64,000 nt of DNA from the NCBI RefSeq assembly GCF_009914755.1, contig NC_060939.1; one strand, written 5' to 3'. The notes under the pieces are model-generated. The model did no database searches. It saw nothing but the letters and a program-made list of their open reading frames with translations, and was not told the DNA's origin. The translations under genes were made by a program, and so were the position numbers. This stretch comes from the human T2T-CHM13v2.0 reference genome, Homo sapiens. This document shows positions 1 through 13,800 of the stretch, piece by piece (the stretch's first letter is position 1; each line of letters begins with the position of its first letter).

Positions 1-106
1 TACTATTGCATTCCATTCGATTACATTATATTCGAATAAGTTCCATTCAAGACCATTTCTTTTGAGTCCATTCTATTTGAGTCCATTCCCTTTGATTCCA
101 TAACAT

Positions 107-1919
107 TTGAGTCCATTCAATTCCATTCCTTTCGTTTCCATTCCATTTGATGCCATTCCATTCAATTCTGTTCTACTCGACTCCAATACATTCAATTCCA
201 TTCCATCCGATTCCATTACATTCTTTTCATTTCTTATCCATTTCAAGCCATTCCACTCCATTCCATTCCACTCGTTTCCTTTCCATTCGAGTCCATTCCT
301 CTCCAGTCCATTCCGTTCAATCCATTCCATTCCAGTCCATTCCATTCGAGTCCGTTCCATTCCAGTCCATTCCATTCGAGTCAATTCCATCCCATTCGAT
401 GTCTTTCCATAACGATCCATTCCATTCTATTCCTTTCGATTCCATTCCATTCTATTTCATTCCATTCGATTCCCTTCCATTGGACTCCTTTCCATTCGAG
501 TGCATTCCATTCCGTTCCATTTCTTTCCGTTCTGTACGATTCCTACCGTTCGATTTCATTTTCTTCCAGGCCATTCTTTCGCGTCCATTCCATTCCATTT
601 CACTCCATTCGATTCCATTCCACTCGATTCCACTTCGTTCCATTTCATTGCATTCCATTCTATTCAACTCTATTGCCTTCCATTCCATTCCATTCGATTA
701 CATTCCATGCGATTCCATTCGAAATCGAATCAATTACATTGCAATCCATTACTATTGAGTCCGTTTTATTCCAGTCCACTGCATTCTGGTCCATTCCATT
801 TGATTCCATTCCATTCTATTCCATTCCATACAGTTGCATTCCATTGGATTCCATGCTATATCTATAAATTCAATTCGAGACCATTGCTTTTGAGTCCATT
901 CTATATGATTCCATTCCATTCAAGTCCATTACATTTGGTTAAATTCCATTCCATTCGGTTCAATTCCATTCCATTCCATTCCCTTCCATTCCATTCCAGT
1001 TGATATCAATCCATTCGATTCCATTCCATTCGAGCACATTCCATTCGAGTCCATTCCATTCGATGCCATTCCATTTGATTCTATTCCATTAGTCTCCATT
1101 CAATTCCATTAATCTCCATTCCATTCCATTCTACTCCAACTGATTCCATTCCATTCTATTCCTTTCCATTCCATTTCATTCCATTCCATTCCATTCCATT
1201 CCATTCCATTCCATTCCATTCGTGTCCATTCCACTCCAGTCCATTCCATTCGTATCCATTCCATTCCAGTCCATTCCATTTGTGTCCACTGCATTCCATT
1301 CCACTCCATTCCATATTATTCCATTACACTCCATTCCATTCTATTACTTTCATTTCCATTCAATTCCATTCCATTTGATTCCATTCCACTCGGTTTCATT
1401 CCATTTGAGTCCACTCCATTCCATTCCATTCCATTCAGTTCCATTCGATTCTGTTCCATTCCATTCCGTTCCGTTACATTCCATTCCATTCAGTACCATT
1501 CCATATTGTTCCATTCGATTCCATTCGAATCCATTCCATTCCAGTCCATTCCATTCGATTCCATTCCATTCATTTCAATTCCATTCCATTCCATTCCATT
1601 ACATTCCACTTGATTCCTCTCCATTCCCTTCCACTGCATTCCGTTCGATTCCATTCCATTGCATTGCATTCCATTCCATTGGATTGCATTCCATTCGATT
1701 CCATTCCATTCGAATCAATTACATAGCAATCCATTACATTCGAGTCTATTCTCTTCCGTTCCATTCGATTTCGTTCCAATCCATTCGATTCCATTCCATT
1801 CGATTCCATTCCATACTATTGCATTCCATTCGATTACATTATATTCGAATAAGTTCCATTCAAGACCATTTCTTTTGAGTCCATTCTATTTGAGTCCATT
1901 CCCTTTGATTCCATAACAT
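107..1919 (+). repeat. Representative subtype A unit (U1, 1813 bp)
   Basis: Carries CATTCTTTCGCG, TTAAATTCC, TTCGGTTCAA and a pure (CATTC)9 tract at 1177-1221. Subtype A lengths (1793-1818) differ in 5-bp steps. Confidence 0.85.
1177..1221 (+). repeat. Pure (CATTC)n microsatellite tract, variable between units (n=9 here)
   Basis: Counted directly: 9 copies in U1 and 5 copies in U24 (42549-42573). The difference matches the 20-bp unit length difference. Confidence 0.85.
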
Positions 1920-4900
1920 TTGAGTCCATTCAATTCCATTCCTTTCGTTTCCATTCCATTTGATGCCATTCCATTCAATTCTGTTCTACTCGACTCCAAT
2001 ACATTCAATTCCATTCCATCCGATTCCATTACATTCTTTTCATTTCTTATCCATTTCAAGCCATTCCACTCCATTCCATTCCACTCGTTTCCTTTCCATT
2101 CGAGTCCATTCCTCTCCAGTCCATTCCGTTCAATCCATTCCATTCCAGTCCATTCCATTCGAGTCCGTTCCATTCCAGTCCATTCCATTCGAGTCAATTC
2201 CATTCCATTCGATGTCTTTCCATAACGATCCATTCCATTCTATTCCTTTCGATTCCATTCCATTCTATTTCATTCCATTCGATTCCCTTCCATTGGACTC
2301 CTTTCCATTCGAGTGCATTCCATTCCGTTCCATTTCTTTCCGTTCTGTACGATTCCTACCGTTCGATTTCATTTTGTTCCAGTCCATTCTTTCGCGTCCA
2401 TTCCATTCCATTTCACTCCATTTGATTCCATTCCACTCGATTCCACTTCGTTCCATTTCATTGCATTCCATTCTATTCAACTCTATTGCCTTCCATTCCA
2501 TTCCATTCGATTACATTCCATGCGATTCCATTCGAAATCGAATCAATTACATTGCAATCCATTACTATTGAGTCCGTTTTATTCCAGTCCACTGCATTCT
2601 GGTCCATTCCATTTGATTCCATTCCATTCTATTCCATTCCATACAGTTGCATTCCATTGGATTCCATGCTATATCTATAAATTCAATTCGAGACCATTGC
2701 TTTTGAGTCCATTCTATATGATTCCATTCCATTCAAGTCCATTACATTTGGTTCAATTCCATTCCATTCGGTTCAATTCCATTCCATTCCATTCCCTTCC
2801 ATTCCATTCCAGTTGATATCAATCCATTCGATTCCATTCCATTCGAGCACATTCCATTCGAGTCCATTCCATTCGATGCCATTCCATTTGATTCTATTCC
2901 ATTAGTCTCCATTCAATTCCATTAATCTCCATTCCATTCCATTCTACTCCAACTGATTCCATTCCATTCTATTCCTTTCCATTCCATTTCATTCCATTCC
3001 ATTCCATTCCATTCCATTCCATTCGTGTCCATTCCACTCCAGTCCATTCCATTCGTATCCATTCCATTCCAGTCCATTCCATTTGTGTCCACTGCATTCC
3101 ATTCCACTCCATTCCATATTATTCCATTACACTCCATTCCATTCTATTACTTTCATTTCCATTCAATTCCATTCCATTTGATTCCATTCCACTCGGTTTC
3201 ATTCCATTTGAGTCCACTCCATTCCATTCCATTCCATTCAGTTCCATTCGATTCTGTTCCATTCCATTCCGTTCCGTTACATTCCATTCCATTCGGTACC
3301 ATTCCATATTGTTCCATTCGATTCCATTCGAATCCATTCCATTCCAGTCCATTCCATTCGATTCCATTCCATTCATTTCAATTCCATTCCATTCCATTCC
3401 ATTACATTCCACTTGATTCCTCTCCATTCCCTTCCACTGCATTCCGTTCGATTCCATTCCATTGCATTGCATTCCATTCCATTGGATTGCATTCCATTCG
3501 ATTCCATTCCATTCGAATCAATTACATAGCAATCCATTACATTCGAGTCTATTCTCTTCCGTTCCATTCGATTTCGTTCCAATCCATTCGATTCCATTCC
3601 ATTCGATTCCATTCCATACTATTGCATTCCATTCGATTACATTATATTCGAATAAGTTCCATTCAAGACCATTTCTTTTGAGTCCATTCTATTTGAGTCC
3701 ATTCCCTTTGATTCCATAACATTTGAGTCCATTCAATTCCATTCCTTTCGTTTCCATTCCATTTGATGCCATTCCATTCAATTCTGTTCTACTCGACTCC
3801 AATACATTCAATTCCATTCCATCCGATTCCATTACATTCTTTTCATTTCTTATCCATTTCAAGCCATTCCACTCCATTCCATTCCACTCGTTTCCTTTCC
3901 ATTCGAGTCCATTCCTCTCCAGTCCATTCCGTTCAATCCATTCCATTCCAGTCCATTCCATTCGAGTCCGTTCCATTCCAGTCCATTCCATTCGAGTCAA
4001 TTCCATTCCATTCGATGTCTTTCCATAACGATCCATTCCATTCTATTCCTTTCGATTCCATTCCATTCTATTTCATTCCATTCGATTCCCTTCCATTGGA
4101 CTCCTTTCCATTCGAGTGCATTCCATTCCGTTCCATTTCTTTCCGTTCTGTACGATTCCTACCGTTCGATTTCATTTTGTTCCAGTCCATTCTTTCGCGT
4201 CCATTCCATTCCATTTCACTCCATTCGATTCCATTCCACTCGATTCCACTTCGTTCCATTTCATTGCATTCCATTCTATTCAACTCTATTGCCTTCCATT
4301 CCATTCCATTCGATTACATTCCATGCGATTCCATTCGAAATCGAATCAATTACATTGCAATCCATTACTATTGAGTCCGTTTTATTGCAGTCCACTGCAT
4401 TCTGGTCCATTCCATTTGATTCCATTCCATTCTATTCCATTCCATACAGTTGCATTCCATTGGATTCCATGCTATATCTATAAATTCAATTCGAGACCAT
4501 TGCTTTTGAGTCCATTCTATATGATTCCATTCCATTCAAGTCCATTACATTTGGTTAAATTCCATTCCATTCGGTTCAATTCCATTCCATTCCATTCCCT
4601 TCCATTCCATTCCAGTTGATATCAATCCATTCGATTCCATTCCATTCGAGCACATTCCATTCGAGTCCATTCCATTCGATGCCATTCCATTTGATTCTAT
4701 TCCATTAGTCTCCATTCAATTCCATTAATCTCCATTCCATTCCATTCTACTCCAACTGATTCCATTCCATTCTATTCCTTTCCATTCCATTTCATTCCAT
4801 TCCATTCCATTCCATTCCATTCCATTCCATTCGTGTCCATTCCACTCCAGTCCATTCCATTCGTATCCATTCCATTCCAGTCCATTCCATTTGTGTCCAC

Positions 4901-7333
4901 TGCATTCCATTCCACTCCATTCCACATTATTCCATTACACTCCATTCCATTCTATTACTTTCATTTCCATTCAATTCCATTCCATTTGATTCCATTCCAC
5001 TCGGTTTCATTCCATTTGAGTCCACTCCATTCCATTCCATTCCATTCAGTTCCATTCCATTCTGTTCCATTCCATTCCGTTCCATTACATTCCATTCCAT
5101 TCGGTACCATTCCATATTGTTCCATTCGATTCCATTCGAATCCATTCCATTCCAGTCCATTCCATTCGATTCCATTCCATTCATTTCCATTCCATTCCAT
5201 TCCATTCCATTACATTCCACTTGATTCCTCTCCATTCCCTTCCACTGCATTCCGTTCGATTCCATTCCATTGCATTGCATTCCATTCCATTGGATTGCAT
5301 TCCATTCGATTCCATTCCATTCGAATCAATTACATAGCAATCCATTACATTCGAGTCTATTCTCTTCCGTTCCATTCGATTTCGTTCCAATCCATTCGAT
5401 TCCATTCCATTCGATTCCATTCCATACTATTGCATTCCATTCGATTACATTATATTCGAATAAGTTCCATTCAAGACCATTTCTTTTGAGTCCATTCTAT
5501 TTGAGTCCATTCCCTTTGATTCCATAACATTTGAGTCCATTCAATTCCATTCCTTTCGTTTCCATTCCATTTGATGCCATTCCATTCAATTCTGTTCTAC
5601 TCGACTCCAATACATTCAATTCCATTCCATCCGATTCCATTACATTCTTTTCATTTCTTATCCATTTCAAGCCATTCCACTCCATTCCATTCCACTCGTT
5701 TCCTTTCCATTCGAGTCCATTCCTCTCCAGTCCATTCCGTTCAATCCATTCCATTCCAGTCCATTCCATTCGAGTCCGTTCCATTCCAGTCCATTCCATT
5801 CGAGTCAATTCCATTCCATTCGATGTCTTTCCATAACGATCCATTCCATTCTATTCCTTTCGATTCCATTCCATTCTATTTCATTCCATTCGATTCCCTT
5901 CCATTGGACTCCTTTCCATTCGAGTGCATTCCATTCCGTTCCATTTCTTTCCGTTCTGTACGATTCCTACCGTTCGATTTCATTTTGTTCCAGTCCATTC
6001 TTTCGCGTCCATTCCATTCCATTTCACTCCATTCGATTCCATTCCACTCGATTCCACTTCGTTCCATTTCATTGCATTCCATTCTATTCAACTCTATTGC
6101 CTTCCATTCCATTCCATTCCATTACATTCCATGCGATTCCATTCGAAATTGAATCAATTACATTGCAATCCATTACTATTGAGTCCGTTTTATTCCAGTC
6201 CACTGCATTCTGGTCCATTCCATTTGATTCCATTCCATTCTATTCCATTCCATACAGTTGCATTCCATTGGATTCCATGCTATATCTATAAATTCAATTC
6301 GAGACCATTGCTTTTGAGTCCATTCTATATGATTCCATTCCATTCAAGTCCATTACATTTGGTTAAATTCCATTCCATTCGGTTCAATTCCATTCCATTC
6401 CATTCCCTTCCATTCCATTCCAGTTGATATCAATCCATTCGATTCCATTCCATTCGAGCACATTCCATTCGAGTCCATTCCATTCGATGCCATTCCATTT
6501 GATTCTATTCCATTAGTCTCCATTCAATTCCATTAATCTCCATTCCATTCCATTCTACTCCAACTGATTCCATTCCATTCTATTCCTTTTTATTCCATTT
6601 CATTCCATTCCATTCCATTCCATTCCATTCCATTCGTGTCCATTCCACTCCAGTCCATTCCATTCGTATCCATTCCATTCCAGTCCATTCCATTTGTGTC
6701 CACTGCATTCCATTCCACTCCATTCCATATTATTCCATTACACTCCATTCCATTCTATTACTTTCATTTCCATTCAATTCCATTCCATTTGATTCCATTC
6801 CACTCGGTTTCATTCCATTTGAGTCCACTCCATTCCATTCCATTCCATTCAGTTCCATTCCATTCTGTTCCATTCCATTCCGTTCCATTCCATTCCATTC
6901 CATTCGGTACCATTCCATATTGTTCCATTCGATTCCATTCGAATCCATTCCATTCCAGTCCATTCCATTCGATTCCATTCCATTCCTTTCAATTCCATTC
7001 CATTCCATTCCATTACATTCCACTTGATTCCTCTCCATTCCCTTCCACTGCATTCCGTTCGATTCCATTCCATTGCATTGCATTCCATTCCATTGGATTG
7101 CATTCCATTCGATTCCATTCCATTCGAATCAATTACATAGCAATCCATTACATTCGAGTCTATTCTCTTCCGTTCCATTCGATTTCGTTCCAATCCATTC
7201 GATTCCATTCCATTCGATTCCATTCCATACTATTGCATTCCATTCGATTACATTATATTCGAATAAGTTCCATTCAAGACCATTTCTTTTGAGTCCATTC
7301 TATTTGAGTCCATTCCCTTTGATTCCATAACAT

Positions 7334-9112
7334 TTGAGTCCATTCAATTCCATTCCTTTCGTTTCCATTCCATTTGATGCCATTCCATTCAATTCTGTTC
7401 TACTCGACTCCAATACATTCAATTCCATTCCATCCGATTCCATTACATTCTTTTCATTTCTTATCCATTTCAAGCCATTCCACTCCATTCCATTCCACTC
7501 GTTTCCTTTCCATTCGAGTCCATTCCTCTCCAGTCCATTCCGTTCAATCCATTCCATTCCAGTCCATTCCATTCGAGTCCGTTCCATTCCAGTCCATTCC
7601 ATTCGAGTCAATTCCATTCCATTCGATGTCTTTCCATAACGATCCATTCCATTCTATTCCTTTCGACTCCATTCCATTCTATTTCATTCCATTCGATTCC
7701 CTTCCATTGGACTCCTTTCCATTCGAGTGCATTCCATTCCGTTCCATTTCTTTCCGTTCTCTACGATTCCTACCGTTCGATTTCATTTTGTTCCAGTCCA
7801 TTCCTTTCGCGTCCATTCCATTCCATTTCACTCGATTGGATTCCATTCCACTCGATTCCACTTCGTTCCATTTCATTGCATTCCATTCTATTCAACTCTA
7901 TTGCCTTCCATTCCATTCCATTCGATTACATTCCATGCGATTCCATTCGAAATCGAATCAATTACATTGCAAACCATTACTATTGAGTCCGTTTTATTCC
8001 AGTCCACTGCATTCTGGTCCATTCCATTTGATTCCATTCCATTCTATTCCATTCCATACAGTTGCATTCCATTGGATTCCATGCTATATCTATAAATTCA
8101 ATTCGAGACCATTGCTTTTGAGTCCATTCTATATGATTCCATTCCATTCAAGTCCATTACATTTGGTTCAATTCCATTCCATTCCATTCCCTTCCATTCC
8201 ATTCCATTTGATATCAATCCATTCGATTCCATTCCATTCGAGCACATTCCATTCGAGTCCATTCCATTCGATGCCATTCCATTTGATTCTATTCCATTAG
8301 TCTCCATTCAATTCCATTAATCTCCATTCCAATCCATTCTAATCCAACTGATTCCATTCCATTCTATTCCTTTCCATTCCATTTCATTCCATTCCATTCC
8401 ATTTCATTCCATTCCATTCCATTCGTGTCCATTCCACTCCAGTCCATTCCATTCGTGTCCATTCCATTCCAGTCCATTCCATTTGTGTCCACTGCATTCC
8501 ATTCCACTCCATTCCATATTATTCCATTACACTCCATTCCATTCTATTACTTTCATTTCCATTCAATTCCACTCCATTTGATTCCATTCCACTCGGTTTC
8601 ATTCCATTTGAGTCCACTCCATTCCATTCCATTCCATTCCATTCAGTTCCATTCCATTCCGTTCCATTACATTCCATTCCATTCGGTACCATTCCATATT
8701 GTTCCATTCGATTCCATTCGAATCCATTCCATTCCAGTCCATTCCATTCGATTCCATTCCATTCATTTCAATTCCATTCCATTCCATTCCATTCCATTCC
8801 ACTTGATTCCTCTCCATTCCCTTGCACTGCATTCCGTTCGATTCCATTCCATTGCATTGCATTCCATTCCTTTGGATTGCATTCCATTCGATTCCATTCC
8901 ATTCGAATCAATTACATAGCAATCCATTACATTCGAGTCTATTCTATTCCGTTCCATTCGATTTCGTTCCAATCCATTCGATTCCATTCCATTCGATTCC
9001 ATTCCATACTATTGCATTCCATTCGATTACATTATATTCGAATAAGTTCCATTCAAGACCATTTCTTTTGAGTCCTTTCTATTTGAGTCCATTCCCTTTG
9101 ATTCCATAACAT
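7334..9112 (+). repeat. Subtype B unit (U5, 1779 bp); other copies U11 (18095-19873) and U28 (48651-50429)
   Basis: Diagnostics: CATTCCTTTCGCG (+1 C), GCAAACCATT, no TTCGGTTCAA block, CATTTGATATC, no CATTCTGTT block, CCTTTGGATTG. Confidence 0.85.
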
Positions 9113-10886
9113 TTGAGTCCATTCAATTCCATTCCTTTCGTTTCCATTCCATTTGATGCCATTCCATTCAATTCTGTTCTACTCGACTCCAATACATTCA
9201 ATTCCATTCCATCCGATTCCATTACATTCTTTTCATTTCTTATCCATTTCAAGCCATTCCACTCGATTCCATTCCACTCGTTTCCTTTCCATTCGAGTCC
9301 ATTCCTCTCCAGTCCATTCCGTTCAATCCATTCCATTCCAGTCCATTCCATTCGAGTCCGTTCCATTCCAGTCCATTCCATTCGAGTCAATTCCATCCCA
9401 TTCGATGTCTTTCCATAACGATCCATTCCATTCTATTCCTTTCGATTCCATTCCATTCTATTTCATTCCATTCGATTCCCTTCCATTGGACTCCTTTCCA
9501 TTCGAGTGCATTCCATTCCGTTCCATTTCTTTCCGTTCTGTACGATTCCTACCGTTCGATTTCATTTTGTTCCAGTCCATTCCTTTCGCGTCCATTCCAT
9601 TCCATTTCACTCCATTCGATTCCATTCCACTCGATTCCACTTCGTTCCATATCATTGCATTCCATTCTATTCAACTCTATTGCCTTCCATTCCATTCCAT
9701 TCGATTACATTCCATGCGATTCCATTCGAAATCGAATCAATTACATTGCAATCCATTACTATTGAGTCCATTTTATTCCAGTCCACTGCATTCTGGTCCA
9801 TTCCATTTGATTCCATTCCATTCTATTCCATTCCATACAGTTGCATTCCATTGAACTCCATTGTATATCTATAAATTCAATTCGAGACCATTGCTTTTGA
9901 GTCCATTCTATATGATTCCATTCCATTCAAGTCCATTACATTTGGTTCAATTCCATTCCATTCCATTCCCTTCCATTCCATTCCAGTTGATATCAATCCA
10001 TTCGATTCCATTCCATTCGAGCACATTCCATTCGAGTCCATTCCATTCGATGCCATTCCATTTGATTCTATTCCATTAGTCTCCATTCAATTCCATTAAT
10101 CTGCATTCCATTCCATTCTAATCCAACTGATTCCATTCCATTCTATTCCTTTCCATTCCATTTAATTCCATTCCATTCCATTTCATTCCATTCCATTCCA
10201 TTCCATTCCATTCGCTTCCATTCCATTCGTGTCCATTGCATTCCAGTCCATTCCATTTGTGTCCACTGCATTCCATTCCACTCCATTCCATATTATTCCA
10301 TTACACTCCATTCCATTCTATTACTTTCATTTCCATTGAATTCCATTCCATTTGATTCCATTCCACTCGGTTTCATTCCATTTGAGTCCACTCCACTCCA
10401 TTCCATTCCATTCCGTTCCATTCAGTTCCATTCCATTCTGTTCCATTCCATTCCGTTCCATTGCATTCCATTCCATTCGGTACCATTCCATATTGTTCCA
10501 TTCGATTCCATTCGAATCCATTCCATTCCAGTCCATTCCATTCGATTCCATTCCATTCCTTTCAATTCCATTCCATTCCATTCCATTCCACTTGATTCCA
10601 CTCCATTCCCTTCCACTGCATTCCATTGTATTGCATTCCATTCCATTGGACTGCATTCCATTCGATTCCATTCCATTCGAATCAATTACATAGCAATCCA
10701 TTACATTCGAGTCTATTCTATTCCGTTCCATTCGATTTCGTTCCAATCCATTCGATTCCATTCCATTCGATTCCATTCCATACTATTGCATTCCATTCTA
10801 TTACATTATATTCGAATAAGTTCCATTCAAGACCATTTCTTTTGAGTCCATTCTATTTGAGTCCATTCCCTTTGATTCCATAACAT
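9113..10886 (+). repeat. Subtype C unit (U6, 1774 bp); other copies U12, U22, U29; hybrid versions U8, U14 (1773 bp)
   Basis: Diagnostics: GTCCATTTTATT, CCATTGTATATC, CATTCGCTTCC, CATTGAATTCC (EcoRI, 10338-10343), TTGGACTGC and shorter distal blocks. Confidence 0.85.
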
Positions 10887-13800
10887 TTGAGTCCATTCAA
10901 TTCCATTCCTTTCGTTTCCATTCCATTTGATGCCATTCCATTCAATTCTGTTCTACTCGACTCCAATACATTCAATTCCATTCCATCCGATTCCATTACA
11001 TTCTTTTCATTTCTTATCCATTTCAAGCCATTCCACTCCATTCCATTCCACTCGTTTCCTTTCCATTCGAGTCCATTCCTCTCCAGTCCATTCCGTTCAA
11101 TCCATTCCATTCCAGTCCATTCCATTCGAGTCTGTTCCATTCCAGTCCATTCCATTCGAGTCAATTCCATCCCATTCGATGTCTTTCCATAACGATCCAT
11201 TCCATTCTATTCCTTTCGATTCCATTCCATTCTATTTCATTCCATTCGATTCCCTTCCATTGGACTCCTTTCCATTCGAGTGCATTCCATTCCGTTCCAT
11301 TTCTTTCCGTTCTGTACGATTCCTACCGTTCGATTTCATTTTGTTCCAGTCCATTCTTTCGCGTCCATTCCATTCCATTTCACTCCATTCGATTCCATTC
11401 CACTCGATTCCACTTCGTTCCATTTCATTGCATTCCATTCTATTCAACTCTATTGCCTTCCATTCCATTCCATTCGATTACATTCCATGCGATTCCATTC
11501 GAAATCGAATCAATTACATTGCAATCCATTACTATTGAGTCCGTTTTATTCCAGTCCACTGCATTCTGGTCCATTCCATTTGATTCCATTCCATTCTATT
11601 CCATTCCATACAGTTGCATTCCATTGGATTCCATGCTATATCTATAAATTCAATTCGAGACCATTGCTTTTGAGTCCATTCTATATGATTCCATTCCATT
11701 CAAGTCCATTACATTTGGTTAAATTCCATTCCATTCGGTTCAATTCCATTCCATTCCATTCCCTTCCATTCCATTCCAGTTGATATCAATCCATTCGATT
11801 CCATTCCATTCGAGCACATTCCATTCGAGTCCATTCCATTCGATGCCATTCCATTTGATTCTATTCCATTAGTCTCCATTCAATTCCATTAATCTCCATT
11901 CCATTCCATTCTACTCCAACTGATTCCATTCCATTCTGTTCCTTTCCATTCCATTTCATTCCATTCCATTCCATTCCATTCCATTCCATTCCATTCCATT
12001 CGTGTCCATTCCACTCCAGTCCATTCCATTCGTATCCATTCCATTCCAGTCCATTCCATTTGTGTCCACTGCATTCCATTCCACTTCATTCCATATTATT
12101 CCATTACACTCCATTCCATTCTATTACTTTCATTTCCATTCAATTCCATTCCATTTGATTCCATTCCACTCGGTTTCATTCCATTTGAGTCCACTCCATT
12201 CCATTCCATTCCATTCAGTTCCATTCGATTCTGTTCCATTCCATTCCGTTCCGTTACATTCCATTCCATTCGGTACCATTCCATATTGTTCCATTCGATT
12301 CCATTCGAATCCATTCCATTCCAGTCCATTCCATTCGATTTCATTCCATTCATTTCAATTCCATTCCATTCCATTCCATTACATTCCACTTGATTCCTCT
12401 CCATTCCCTTCCACTGCATTCCGTTCGATTCCATTCCATTGCATTGCATTCCATTCCATTGGATTGCATTACATTCGATTCCATTCCATTCGAATCAATT
12501 ACATAGCAATCCATTACTTTCGAGTCTATTCTCTTCCGTTCCATTCGATTTCGTTCCAATCCATTCGATTCCATTCCATTCGATTCCATTCCATACTATT
12601 GCATTCCATTCGATTACATTATATTCGAATAAGTTCCATTCAAGACCATTTCTTTTGAGTCCATTCTATTTGAGTCCATTCCCTTTGATTCCATAACATT
12701 TGAGTCCATTCAATTCCATTCCTTTCGTTTCCATTCCATTTGATGCCATTCCATTCAATTCTGTTCTACTCGACTCCAATACATTCAATTCCATTCCTTC
12801 CGATTCCATTACATTCTTTTCATTTCTTATCCATTTCAAGCCATTCCACTCCATTCCATTCCACTCGTTTCCTTTCCATTCGAGTCCATTCCTCTCCAGT
12901 CCATTCCGTTCAATCCATTCCATTCCAGTCCATTCCATTCGAGTCCGTTCCATTCCAGTCCATTCCATTCGAGTCAATTCCATTCCATTCGATGTCTTTC
13001 CATAACGATCCATTCCATTCTATTCCTTTCGATTCCATTCCATTCTATTTCATTCCATTCGATTCCCTTCCATTGGACTCCTTTCCATTCGAGTGCATTC
13101 CATTCCGTTCCATTTCTTTCCGTTCTGTACGATTCCTACCGTTCGATTTCATTTTGTTCCAGTCCATTCTTTCGCGTCCATTCCATTCCATTTCACTCCA
13201 TTCGATTCCATTCCACTCGATTCCACTTCGTTCCATTTCATTGCATTCCATTCTATTCAACTCTATTGCCTTCCATTCCATTCCATTCCATTACATTCCA
13301 TGCGATTCCATTCGAAATCGAATCAATTACATTGCAATCCATTACTATTGAGTCCATTTTATTCCAGTCCACTGCATTCTGGTCCATTCCATTTGATTCC
13401 ATTCCATTCTATTCCATTCCATACAGTTGCATTCCATTGAACTCCATTGTATATCTATAAATTCAATTCGAGACCATTGCTTTTGAGTCCATTCTATATG
13501 ATTCCATTCCATTCAAGTCCATTACATTTGGTTCAATTCCATTCCATTCCATTCCCTTCCATTCCATTCCAGTTGATATCAATCCATTCGATTCCATTCC
13601 ATTCGAGCACATTCCATTCGAGTCCATTCCATTCGATGCCATTCCATTTGATTCTATTCCATTAGTCTCCATTCAATTCCATTAATCTGCATTCCATTCC
13701 ATTCTACTCCAACTGATTCCATTCCATTCTATTCCTTTCCATTCCATTTCATTCCATTCCATTCCATTTCATTCCATTCCATTCCATTCCATTCCATTCG

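Noticed and set aside
73-420. 115-aa minus-strand ORF (MDRYGKTSNG...) almost identical in every unit
   Set aside because: Its conservation equals that of the surrounding unit and reflects array homogenisation. The protein is MEWNG low-complexity sequence, and the ORF is truncated in U24 and U29.
715-732. Heat-shock element (HSF1) at TTCGAAATCGAA
   Set aside because: It does not form the canonical three alternating nGAAn units. HSF1 binding cannot be inferred from this sequence.
856-870. TATA-like CTATATCTATAAAT once per unit
   Set aside because: It is a degenerate in-register pentamer stretch. Its internal paralogue (TTATATTCGAATAAG, ~1839-1853) lacks the motif and no other promoter evidence is visible.
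7374-8300. Longest ORFs (308 aa; also 37927-38853 and 48691-49617)
   Set aside because: Produced by the +1 C allele at CCTTTCGCG fusing two repeat-derived frames. No domain-like sequence.
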